Assembly: GCA_035380905.1 (NCBI GenBank)
Contig: DAOSYC010000003.1
Coordinates: forward strand, 2,668 to 54,043
Origin: Spirochaetota bacterium
Lineage (GTDB): Bacteria > Spirochaetota > UBA4802 > JAGODF01
Reading direction: 5' to 3'
Length of the DNA stretch: 51,376 bases
The position numbers were made by a program, and so were the translations under genes. Within the stretch, counting starts at the first letter, position 1, and each line of letters starts with the position of its first letter. The notes below the pieces were generated by a model, which had not been told where the DNA came from, searched no databases, and saw nothing but the letters and a program-made list of their open reading frames with translations. Positions 17,602-26,430 of this stretch are shown here, piece after piece.

Positions 17602-20205
17602 ATGGAAAATATAATTTACTTTAATAAAGACCTTAAAGATGTTGATGAAAAAACAAAAAATAAACTTGGAATACGGGGAAGAAGAGCTGTTGATCTTGCA
17701 GCAATGGGGCTTCCGATTGCACCGGGTTTTATAATTGATTCAGAAATGACTCAAAAGTTACCCCAGGCGAATGTCAAACAGCTTTTGAAAACATATATAG
17801 AGAAAATTGAAAAAGACACAAAGAAAAAATTTGGTGACCCGAAAAATCCTTTATTGTTGAAAGTTGTTTTAAGTTCTGACTTGAATATTCCAAACTTTCC
17901 TTCAATTCACAACATCGGACTGAATGATCAGACTGTTGACGGGTTTGGCAATTATACCGGAGCTGATTTTGCATATGGTGAGTATAGATTTCTATTGAGA
18001 AGTCTCGGCACGAAGATTCATGACCTTGATGTGGAAGAATTCAATAAACTTGACGGGAAACTTTCGAAAAACACAAAGGCTGAAGAGCTCAAAGGTATTG
18101 TTGATAAATATAAAAAGTATCTCGGCGATAAATTTAATCAGGACGTATACGATCAGCTTGCATTAATCCTTAAAGGTGCAGCTTCGAGGTATTGTGACAG
18201 TGACATTGATGTGGATAATTCTTTGTCCTTGATGGTTCAGGTTATGGTGTATGGTAATTATGGCCAGAATTCTTTTGCCGGTAATTATTACACAAGAAAT
18301 ATTGTTACCGGAGACAATGAAATACAGGGTGATTTCCTTCAAAATGAATTTGATGTAGACCGGGGAAAGCCGAAAGAAATAAAAAAGATTGATAAGAAAT
18401 TTTATGATAAGTTCACTGAAATTGCAAAGAAAATTGAAGAAAATTTCAGGGAAATCAGGGATATAAAATTCACAATTGAAGAGGGAGACTTCTGGCTGGT
18501 TGAGCAGAAAGAGGTTGATGAGAAATCAACGCAGTCTCATATAAAAACATTGTTGGATCTTCAGAAAAGAAAAATTGTTACACCGGAATACCTCGTAAAG
18601 AATATAAAGCCTAATCAGCTAAACGAGCTTCTGCACCCTGTCATTGATCCGCGTACGGTAAAAGGGGTTAAAAGTATTCAGGGAGGAATTGCAGGATCTA
18701 CCGGTGCGGCAATTGGACGGGTGTATTTTTCTACACCCAAACTTCTTGAGGAGTATAAGCGTGCAATAATGCATGGAGGGGACACAAATATGATCCTTGT
18801 GCTTCCTTCAAGTTATGCTGAGGATGTAAAAGCAATTGAAGTAGCAAAAGGTGTTATTACATCGGATGGCGGATTTTCTTCTCACGCTCCAGTCGTTGCG
18901 CGGAGTTTGGGGAAAGTTGCAATGGTTCAGCCTGACATGAAAATCAGAGGTACCGCCTTTACACTTGCGGGCAAGACTGTGAAAGAAGGGGATTATGTGT
19001 CAATCAATGTTCCTTATTATGAACCCCCTACAATATATCTCGATAAAGTCGGTTTGATCGAACCGAACTTCGAAGAAAATGGACTGCTTGATTTCCTTAA
19101 CGTTGTAGAAACATTTATTGATGATTTTAATGTTCGTGCGAATGCGGACCAGGGCCGTGACGCGAAAATCGCGTGTGACTTTTTTGCACAGGGTATTGGA
19201 CTTTGCAGGACCGAACATATGTTTTTTGATGAAAAACGGATTATGAAATTCCGTGAAATGATCCTTGCCGAAGATGAATCAGAGAGAAGGAAGGCTCTCG
19301 ATGCATTGAAGCCAATGCAGAGATCAGACTTTTATGAACTTTTTAAAATAATGGTCGGCAACCCTGTTACCATACGGCTCCTGGATGCGCCGCTGCATGA
19401 ATTCCTTCCGAGGACTGATGCAAGCATGAAAGAGTTTGTATCATACATGAAAAAGAAGAAGCCGAAATTAACTGCAGCAGAAATTGAGGCACGCTGTGAG
19501 GATCATGCTGAAATGAATCCAATGCTGGGTCACAGAGGGTGCCGCGTTGCTGTAACATATCCGGAAATATATGAAATGCAATGCAGAGCAATTTTTGAAG
19601 CTGCATGTATGCTGCGTAAAGAAGGCGTGGAAGTGAAACCAGAAATTATGATTCCCATTGTAATGAGTGAACAGGAATTGAAATTTCTGAAAAACGGGAA
19701 GAAAATTGAAGGTACAGAAATAAAAGGGATCAGGGATATTAAAGAGGAAGTTATTAAGGAGTATGGTATTGATGATCTTGAGTACAGTGTCGGTACCATG
19801 ATTGAACTCCCCGCAGCAGCTCTGGGTGCTGGTACAATAGCACAGTATGCTGAATTCTTCAGTTTCGGGACAAATGACCTTACACAGACTACATATGGAT
19901 TATCACGTGATGATTCCAACTCATTCTTCCCGAGTTATACATTGTTTGACCTGTTGAAGAATAATCCGTTTAAAGTCCTTGGTGACCAGGTTAAGGAGCT
20001 AATCTCCATTGCGGCATTACGGGGGAGGTTGACCAGACCGGATATCAAAATGGGATTATGTGGAGAGCATGGTGCTGATCCTGAAAACATTGAATTCTGT
20101 ATGAATGTTGGTTTAAACTATGTTTCATGTTCTCCGTATTCAATTCCGCTGGCAAAACTGGCTGTTGCACAGCAGAATATTTCTAAAATGGAAGAGCAGG
20201 AATAG
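17602..20205 (+). CDS. ppdK: pyruvate, phosphate dikinase
   Basis: 867 aa. Phospho-His loop GGFSSHAPVVARSLG. PEP-utilising motifs LCRTEHMFF, FFSFGTNDLTQ and GLCGEHGADP. Confidence 0.93.
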   Translation: MENIIYFNKDLKDVDEKTKNKLGIRGRRAVDLAAMGLPIAPGFIIDSEMTQKLPQANVKQLLKTYIEKIEKDTKKKFGDPKNPLLLKVVLSSDLNIPNFPSIHNIGLNDQTVDGFGNYTGADFAYGEYRFLLRSLGTKIHDLDVEEFNKLDGKLSKNTKAEELKGIVDKYKKYLGDKFNQDVYDQLALILKGAASRYCDSDIDVDNSLSLMVQVMVYGNYGQNSFAGNYYTRNIVTGDNEIQGDFLQNEFDVDRGKPKEIKKIDKKFYDKFTEIAKKIEENFREIRDIKFTIEEGDFWLVEQKEVDEKSTQSHIKTLLDLQKRKIVTPEYLVKNIKPNQLNELLHPVIDPRTVKGVKSIQGGIAGSTGAAIGRVYFSTPKLLEEYKRAIMHGGDTNMILVLPSSYAEDVKAIEVAKGVITSDGGFSSHAPVVARSLGKVAMVQPDMKIRGTAFTLAGKTVKEGDYVSINVPYYEPPTIYLDKVGLIEPNFEENGLLDFLNVVETFIDDFNVRANADQGRDAKIACDFFAQGIGLCRTEHMFFDEKRIMKFREMILAEDESERRKALDALKPMQRSDFYELFKIMVGNPVTIRLLDAPLHEFLPRTDASMKEFVSYMKKKKPKLTAAEIEARCEDHAEMNPMLGHRGCRVAVTYPEIYEMQCRAIFEAACMLRKEGVEVKPEIMIPIVMSEQELKFLKNGKKIEGTEIKGIRDIKEEVIKEYGIDDLEYSVGTMIELPAAALGAGTIAQYAEFFSFGTNDLTQTTYGLSRDDSNSFFPSYTLFDLLKNNPFKVLGDQVKELISIAALRGRLTRPDIKMGLCGEHGADPENIEFCMNVGLNYVSCSPYSIPLAKLAVAQQNISKMEEQE

Positions 20206-20234
20206 CAGGTATAGATTCGAAAATCCTGATAAGG

Positions 20235-20262
20235 AAAAGGGATTCGAAGGAATCCCTTTTTT
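20235..20262 (+). terminator. Rho-independent terminator after ppdK
   Basis: AAAAGGGATTC-GAAG-GAATCCCTTTT hairpin running into TTTTTT. Confidence 0.8.
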
Positions 20263-20370
20263 GTGATATTTAATTTAAATGGGTAACCCTGAGGTTTTAA
20301 TTGGAATGTTTATTTCAAAAAATTCCTTTACAGGGCACTTACCCTTTTCTATTATCGTTGAATTGAAAAA

Positions 20371-20688
20371 ATGATTAGGGATTCTTGGTGTATGGCAGAG
20401 AATAAATCACAAAAAACTAAAGCTAAAAAAAAGACTACAAGAAGAAAAACAAACTTATTGCGCCTTTCTTCGGAAATGAACAAGATAGCGCAGGATGCTG
20501 TTGATAAAGAAATTATAAGGCGATTCAGAACTTTAATTGATACCTGCGAAGAGGACATTACGAAATCGAGTCTTACTCAGGTATTAAAGGAATCGAAAGA
20601 TGTAGAGGTGAGCAATTTTCACGAAAGTCTGCAGCCCTATGTGAAACATTATCTTTTTATGTTGAAAAGAAGCCAGAAGTTAAAATAA
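20371..20688 (+). CDS. hypothetical small basic protein
   Basis: ORF beginning just after the ppdK terminator. The second ATG (20392, MAENKSQKTKAKKKTTRRK) is a plausible start. I recognise no family. Confidence 0.35.
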   Translation: MIRDSWCMAENKSQKTKAKKKTTRRKTNLLRLSSEMNKIAQDAVDKEIIRRFRTLIDTCEEDITKSSLTQVLKESKDVEVSNFHESLQPYVKHYLFMLKRSQKLK

Positions 20689-20773
20689 ATTAGTTTTTGG
20701 CATGATTTACAATGTGATTGATGTGTATAGCTCTATGTATGATGCGAATTGCCTGTAATACCTGGTAACTGAA

Positions 20774-21019
20774 ATGAATATTCTCGTTAAGACCTTTGCG
20801 TCTGTGTATGATATATGCGGTTTTGCGGATAAAGAGATGGAAGTACCATCAGGTCATACCGTGACCGATGTTGTACAGATGCTGATCGAAAAGCATAGCG
20901 GGTTACATGATGTTATTGATGATCTGCTTTTTGCGGTCAACGGAGAATACTGTAATGGCACCAGGATGCTTGCTCATGATGATGTTCTGGCAATATTCCC
21001 ACCGGTAAGCGGCGGATAA
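20774..21019 (+). CDS. moaD: MoaD/ThiS-family sulfur-carrier protein
   Basis: 81 aa ending in PPVSGG (C-terminal Gly-Gly). Lies immediately upstream of moaE. Confidence 0.65.
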   Translation: MNILVKTFASVYDICGFADKEMEVPSGHTVTDVVQMLIEKHSGLHDVIDDLLFAVNGEYCNGTRMLAHDDVLAIFPPVSGG

Positions 21020-21041
21020 TTTTTCTTTTACATGGTTTCTT

Positions 21042-21449
21042 ATGCATAGAATTCTAATACAGAAAGAAAAAATAAATATTGATGAAATCATTGAAGAATG
21101 TGCAACTGACTCAGATGGTGCGTTGCTGACATTTATTGGCAGGGCAAGGAACAAAACAGCGGAAAGGGATGTAACTCATCTCCAATATGAAGTGTATGGA
21201 GATATGGCATATAGTGAAATTGAAAAAATTGCTGTTCAGGCTGAGACGCAATGGCCTATCACCAATGCTGTGATAGTACACAGATATGGCAGGATTGAAA
21301 TTGGGGATACTACAATTGTAATTGCTGTATCTTCTCCTCACCGGGATGAGGGATTTAAAGCTGTCAGATATATAATCGATACAATAAAAAAAACAGTTCC
21401 AATTTGGAAAAAAGAATATTACCTGGATGATTCATCATGGGTCAAGTGA
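21042..21449 (+). CDS. moaE: molybdopterin synthase catalytic subunit MoaE
   Basis: 135 aa with the MoaE signature SSPHRDEGFKAVRYIIDTIKKTVPIWKKE. Confidence 0.8.
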   Translation: MHRILIQKEKINIDEIIEECATDSDGALLTFIGRARNKTAERDVTHLQYEVYGDMAYSEIEKIAVQAETQWPITNAVIVHRYGRIEIGDTTIVIAVSSPHRDEGFKAVRYIIDTIKKTVPIWKKEYYLDDSSWVK

Positions 21450-21849
21450 GTTGTTCGTTAATTTTTAATTGAACTTCACGAAGCACTGCTTCCGCATTTT
21501 TGTAGTATTTTTCAGCTTCCTGTCTGGTGATTATTTTTCCGGTTCCGTTCAGCACGTTTTCATTAAATCCCCTTGCGTCTTTTAAAATTTCAAGAATATC
21601 CAGAGATCCCCACATCGTACTCGTGAAATATTGTTCAGCTAATCCGAATATTTTATCATAATTATCAGAGTCATCACCATTTTCACATAATAGAAGCCGT
21701 ATTGAATTAAATAAAGATACAAATGATAAAATTACAGCTTCATTATATAGGCCTTCAGCGATTTTGATCGAAGATAACTTTAATTTATCCATACTTTGTT
21801 GAAGACGGAATTGTCGGATTTTTTCAATTTCATAATGGTTTTGTGACAT
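21442..21849 (-). CDS. HEPN-like helical domain protein
   Basis: 135-aa all-helical ORF with a HEPN-type pattern (IAEGLYNEAVILSFVSLFNSIRLLL ... ITRQEAEKYYKNAEAVLREV). No Rx4-6H motif and no adjacent nucleotidyltransferase gene. Confidence 0.4.
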   Translation of the reverse strand: MSQNHYEIEKIRQFRLQQSMDKLKLSSIKIAEGLYNEAVILSFVSLFNSIRLLLCENGDDSDNYDKIFGLAEQYFTSTMWGSLDILEILKDARGFNENVLNGTGKIITRQEAEKYYKNAEAVLREVQLKINEQLT

Positions 21850-22083
21850 GGTAACTCCATTGGGTCTTTATAATGTTTCAAGTTTAGTCAGATTATCAAA
21901 TCATACAACTGTTTTTTCATATCATTTAGATAAGTTCGTCAAAAGAATAATAATTTGACAATGATTTTTAATAATATAAAAAAAGGTGGGAACATAAAGA
22001 TTATGGATATTTTCCTTTTAGTTGAAAGTCGAATAAATAACAAAGAAAATTAAAAGGATAACTGCGTATAACAGGATTATGAA

Positions 22084-22848
22084 ATGATTGCGTTGATTAC
22101 TGATTTCGGCTATGATGATAACTATGCTGGTGTTGTAAAGGGGGTTATAAAAAAATCCAATCCGGCAGTTGAGGTTATTGACATTACTCATGGAGTTGTA
22201 TCATATTCGATAACAAATGCTCAATATATGCTCTATACAGCGGTAGAATATTTTCCTGAATCAACAGTGTTCTATGTTGTTGTTGATCCGGGCGTCGGCT
22301 CAGATAGAAGGGCGCTTATAGGACGCCATGATGGTAGATATATTGTTGTTCCTGATAATGGAATAATTTCATCATTTCTGGATGATGGTGATGATGTATA
22401 CGAAGTGAACTATGATTATTTTAATGATACTTCATCCACGTTTCATGGAAGAGATGTTTTCGCTCCTGTCGCAGCATTACTGGCTGAGGGGGTATCGCCC
22501 GCTGAACTAGGTGTAAAGATTAATGATTGGATTCGAAAACCTTTTCCGGAATATTCTATCCAGCATGAACTGGTTGAAGGAATAATTATTCATGTAGATA
22601 AATTCGGGAATGTGGTAACTTCTATTCCAAATGGTTGTGTCAGAAAGAAGGAGGACGTGTATTGCCGGTTTGCTGTACCGGAGAAATCCTTCAACGCAGT
22701 TTTCTGTAGCAATTATAGTGAACTTAAAAAGGGAGTCCCCGGGATTATGCATGGAAGTTCAGGGTTTATTGAAATTGCAATGAATATGTCATCGGTAGCG
22801 GATGAATACACAATAACAATTGAGGAAAGAATATCGGTATTGGTATGA
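22084..22848 (+). CDS. SAM hydrolase / SAM hydroxide adenosyltransferase family protein (DUF62)
   Basis: N-terminus MIALITDFGYDDNYAGVVKGVI and FHGRDVFAPVAA are hallmark motifs of the family. Confidence 0.8.
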   Translation: MIALITDFGYDDNYAGVVKGVIKKSNPAVEVIDITHGVVSYSITNAQYMLYTAVEYFPESTVFYVVVDPGVGSDRRALIGRHDGRYIVVPDNGIISSFLDDGDDVYEVNYDYFNDTSSTFHGRDVFAPVAALLAEGVSPAELGVKINDWIRKPFPEYSIQHELVEGIIIHVDKFGNVVTSIPNGCVRKKEDVYCRFAVPEKSFNAVFCSNYSELKKGVPGIMHGSSGFIEIAMNMSSVADEYTITIEERISVLV

Positions 22849-24065
22849 ATGACAAACGTAAGATAATAGTACTGCTTGGGGACGGGATGGGCGATTATCC
22901 AATAGATTCTCTAGGGGGCAGGACACCGCTTCAGGCTGCAGTAACACCCCACATGGATTATATCGTAAAAAACGGACTATTGGGTGTTACGAAAACGGTG
23001 CCGGAAGGCATGTCTCCCGGGAGTGATACCGCAAATCTTTCTGTGTTCGGATACGATCCACAAAAATACTATACCGGCAGGGCACCACTCGAAGCGTTGA
23101 ACATGGGTATTGAATTGGGTCCAGGTGATGTCGCGTTCCGGTGTAATATAGTGACACTCGAGGGTGATGTTCTGGTGGATTTCAGCGCAGACCATATCGA
23201 ATCAGAATTTTCTGAAATTGTCATAAATGAAATGAAGAAATATTTTCCTGTTAAAGGGATAGAATATTACGCGGGAGTGTCCTATCGTAATATTGTTGTA
23301 TGGCGTGATTACCCATATGAGGAAATTGCTGAAACGACGCCGCCACACGATATACAGGGCCAGAACTATTCTTCATTTCTTCCTGATGGAAGTGGCGCGG
23401 AATTGTTACGGGAGGTAATTAAAAATTCGGTGGATATTATTCGTGAATCCGCTGCAATAAAAGAAGCTGCGTCACGTTACAATGGGAAGCCGGTATCTTT
23501 ATGGTTGTGGGGGGCGGGAAGAAAGCCCTCAATGGAATCACTTGAGAATCGTTTCGGTTTGACCGGGTATACTATTGCTGCAGTGGATTTGATACACGGT
23601 ATTGGAAAGGCAGCGGGGTTATCACCGATACGAGTTGAAGGGGCTACGGGATATATCGACACGAATTATAATGGTAAAGCGGAAGCCCTTCTTCGTAATC
23701 TGAATAATGTAAATTATATTTTTCTTCATGTTGAAGCACCGGATGAATCAGGCCATGAAGGGAATATTGAAAAAAAGATAAAATCCATCCAGGATTTTGA
23801 TGAAAAAATTGTAGGGACGGTGTTGAAGGGATTAAGAGAATATTCAGATTATTCTCTCCTCGTCATGCCTGACCATTTCACACCGGTTTCAACAAGGACA
23901 CATTCGCCTGATCCTGTTCCGTTCGCTATTATTAAGTGTCGGAACGGAGAAATTGTACACAGTAAATATGGTACTTCTTCAGGTTTTAACGAGCCGGCGG
24001 CTGTATCAACAGGCTATATCGTTGAACACGCACATGATATTATTAATATCCTGGTCGAGGATTAA
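22845..24065 (+). CDS. apgM: cofactor-independent phosphoglycerate mutase, archaeal ApgM type (this family also includes alternative homoserine kinases)
   Basis: IIVLLGDGMGDYP, HVEAPDESGHEGN and MPDHFTP. The ATGA start/stop overlaps the upstream DUF62 gene. Confidence 0.8.
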   Translation: MNDKRKIIVLLGDGMGDYPIDSLGGRTPLQAAVTPHMDYIVKNGLLGVTKTVPEGMSPGSDTANLSVFGYDPQKYYTGRAPLEALNMGIELGPGDVAFRCNIVTLEGDVLVDFSADHIESEFSEIVINEMKKYFPVKGIEYYAGVSYRNIVVWRDYPYEEIAETTPPHDIQGQNYSSFLPDGSGAELLREVIKNSVDIIRESAAIKEAASRYNGKPVSLWLWGAGRKPSMESLENRFGLTGYTIAAVDLIHGIGKAAGLSPIRVEGATGYIDTNYNGKAEALLRNLNNVNYIFLHVEAPDESGHEGNIEKKIKSIQDFDEKIVGTVLKGLREYSDYSLLVMPDHFTPVSTRTHSPDPVPFAIIKCRNGEIVHSKYGTSSGFNEPAAVSTGYIVEHAHDIINILVED

Positions 24066-24127
24066 CTGCTGTAAAGGTTCCATGTTGTATGATTAAAGAT
24101 GATGTTATATAGTAAGAGGATATTTTC

Positions 24128-25600
24128 ATGAAGAAGCTGATTGTGATTTGCTCTGTAATAATAATAGCAGCCGGTTTCCTGGGCTATACAATTTTTTTTA
24201 AAGCAGATACACTCCAGACTGCCATTGCGGAATATGAAGATGGGGATTATGAAAATGCAGTTATAATTCTTAATACTATATTACCATCGGCCGGATATAA
24301 TGATGCGGAAAAAATTTATTATTACAGATGCAAATCATTAACCCGTCTTGCTGAATTACTTGAGGAAAAATATGATGATGAATTAAAGACACTCAAAATA
24401 CGCAATCATGATGCTGAAGATAGAGCGCAGACTATTCTGAATATCAAGAACGATTTGAAAGAAATAAATGATGAATTGAATAGTGATCTCGTGCTGATAT
24501 CGGAAGGTAAAAGGGGCCGTATTGTTTCCGGCGGAAAGTTTTACAGTCAATTTATTGAAAGGTACCGTGGAAGCAGATACATAGAGGATATTGATTTTGA
24601 AGAAGTTGAGAAAACTTTTCGTGTCGATCGGGAGAATTTTCTAAGAGCAACAGCTGTATTTTATAAAAAATATCCTGATACTTCCTATATTTCACAGCTT
24701 GTTACAATGCTCTTTGATTTTTTGAAAACCGGTGGTGTTGGTATCAGGGGAAATGATGACTTGTTAACAAAACTTGTTGTGCATTTCTGTAAAAAATATC
24801 CGACGAGCTCGGAATTTCAAAGAATATTTGTGTGTAATGGAGAAAATGTCAATTTAAGGAACTCGCCTGGAATTAACGGTCAAATTGTCGGGAAAGTTGA
24901 AAAACAAAAAATATTAGTCCAGCTTGAAAAGTCAATGGATTCTGTTCAGATCGGGGAGTCGAGAGATTACTGGTATCGTGTATCTGATTTGAACGGTTTA
25001 CAGGGATGGATTTTTGGTAAATTTTTGAATGAATTCGAAGTTGCTAATTTCAATGAAGTGGTGGAGGAAGAACGCTGGACTCTGGATGAACATTTTCAGG
25101 TCTGGCACGATTCGAATACACCGGAAAACTGGGTCCATCCGCCGGAATCCGCTACATCAGTTATTTCTTTTTATGAAAAATCAGGGTTGAAAATTGCAAA
25201 GATCTCAGCAGGGCAGGGTATTCGTGGGGGGCTTTTTCGAAGGATGACAAGCCCATACTCGTTTGTAATATCAGCAAAAGGAAGATATTTGCACGGTAAT
25301 TCAGTAATACTTTTCGCGTATGTTTTCAGTGACAATAAAAGCGGGTATTGTGTAAAATTGAATAATCAGGAAGTTGATGTAAACGGACGGAAGATTCCTT
25401 ACCAGACCTCGGTATGGCATGATTATCGTTTAGAGTGCGGTGATGGTAAATTCGCGAAAATTTATATTGATGGTGAATTGATATCAGGAAGAATTCCGGC
25501 TGTTCAGCTGAGAGAGTTTAACGCGGGTGGCTTATATTGCCTGTATTCTATGCCGAATTCCGTATCCGGCGGGGAGATGGAGTATATCCGGATGAGATAG
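24128..25600 (+). CDS. membrane-anchored protein with a bacterial SH3 domain and a C-terminal lectin/LamG-like region
   Basis: N-terminal TM helix. SH3b pattern VNLRNSPGINGQIVGKVEKQKILVQ...YWYRVSDLNGLQGWIFGKFL. Beta-rich C-terminal half. Confidence 0.55.
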   Translation: MKKLIVICSVIIIAAGFLGYTIFFKADTLQTAIAEYEDGDYENAVIILNTILPSAGYNDAEKIYYYRCKSLTRLAELLEEKYDDELKTLKIRNHDAEDRAQTILNIKNDLKEINDELNSDLVLISEGKRGRIVSGGKFYSQFIERYRGSRYIEDIDFEEVEKTFRVDRENFLRATAVFYKKYPDTSYISQLVTMLFDFLKTGGVGIRGNDDLLTKLVVHFCKKYPTSSEFQRIFVCNGENVNLRNSPGINGQIVGKVEKQKILVQLEKSMDSVQIGESRDYWYRVSDLNGLQGWIFGKFLNEFEVANFNEVVEEERWTLDEHFQVWHDSNTPENWVHPPESATSVISFYEKSGLKIAKISAGQGIRGGLFRRMTSPYSFVISAKGRYLHGNSVILFAYVFSDNKSGYCVKLNNQEVDVNGRKIPYQTSVWHDYRLECGDGKFAKIYIDGELISGRIPAVQLREFNAGGLYCLYSMPNSVSGGEMEYIRMR

Positions 25601-25631
25601 AATCACTTTCCGGAAGAGGCAGTGAGGTATA

Positions 25632-26273
25632 TTACCATTTTTTAGAATCATACTGCAAATATTTTGATCGTACTACCGCGGAAATATCATCAATAAAAAT
25701 AAAAATGTAGCGGGGCGCTAACTCTTTCGAGCCGGGGTGAATTGTTATTTTATTCAGAGAAATAAATGATTGCTGGTTCATATATTCATCCATCTGTGCA
25801 ACGTGTGATGGAACAATGGCTGTAAGCTTTTTCCATCCTGAAAAGTCCAGTTGGCCCATTATGAGGCGGTGTTGTTGTCCTGATACATCCTTCAAAAAAA
25901 TTGAGATAATACCGGGGCTGTTTTTCCCGTAAGCCCATAGAGAAATAGACTTACAATACCTGGAAATTTTAATTGGTGCGGAAGGCGTGATAGTTGCGAT
26001 ATCGCGTTGATTGCCGAAAAGCGTAAGCATAAGATACTTTTTTGAGCTGTTTTCCGGAGATGGAAATTCGTCAGCGATTCCAAGTCTGCATTTTGAGTAA
26101 TGTGCTGACATGTATTCTAAATTGTTATTGTTGTAGATTGATGATTCAAAGTTTTCGAGTGCAACAATATGATAAATAGATTCCTCTTCAGCATTACTGC
26201 CGGAATTGTCCTGTGACGTGACTGGTAAAGAAAGATACATAAGCAGTGCGAGGATAAAAATAGTTTTTTTCAT
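25632..26273 (-). CDS. FlaA-family (flagellar filament outer layer protein-like) secreted protein, short paralogue
   Basis: Signal peptide MKKTIFILALLMYLSLPVTS. The core KSISLWAYGKNSPGIISIFLKDVSGQQHRLIMGQLDFSGWKKL parallels the treponemal FlaA segment I recall (YG.N.P..........D..G..HR..MG.L.F.GWK.L). Confidence 0.6.
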   Translation of the reverse strand: MKKTIFILALLMYLSLPVTSQDNSGSNAEEESIYHIVALENFESSIYNNNNLEYMSAHYSKCRLGIADEFPSPENSSKKYLMLTLFGNQRDIATITPSAPIKISRYCKSISLWAYGKNSPGIISIFLKDVSGQQHRLIMGQLDFSGWKKLTAIVPSHVAQMDEYMNQQSFISLNKITIHPGSKELAPRYIFIFIDDISAVVRSKYLQYDSKKW

Positions 26274-26430
26274 ACAAAATAGTTCCTGATGCTTTAAGAT
26301 TCAGTGTACGGTATCATATGCTGAAATCGGTTTACAAGAATATTTTTAACGTTGATTGATCGTACCGGATTTGTAATATCAACATCAAAATTATATTACA
26401 CGGATATTTATAGATACTGAAATTATCATT

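Noticed and set aside
20956-20971. Sigma-54-like TGGCAC-N5-TGCTT upstream of moaE.
   Set aside because: The GC of the -12 element is displaced by one base relative to the GG-N10-GC spacing. The site is inside the moaD coding sequence.
26324-26349. Sigma-28-like element (TAAA ... CCGATTT on the minus strand) upstream of the FlaA-family gene.
   Set aside because: The spacer is about 13 nt instead of 15, and the -10 matches only CCGAT. That is too weak to call.
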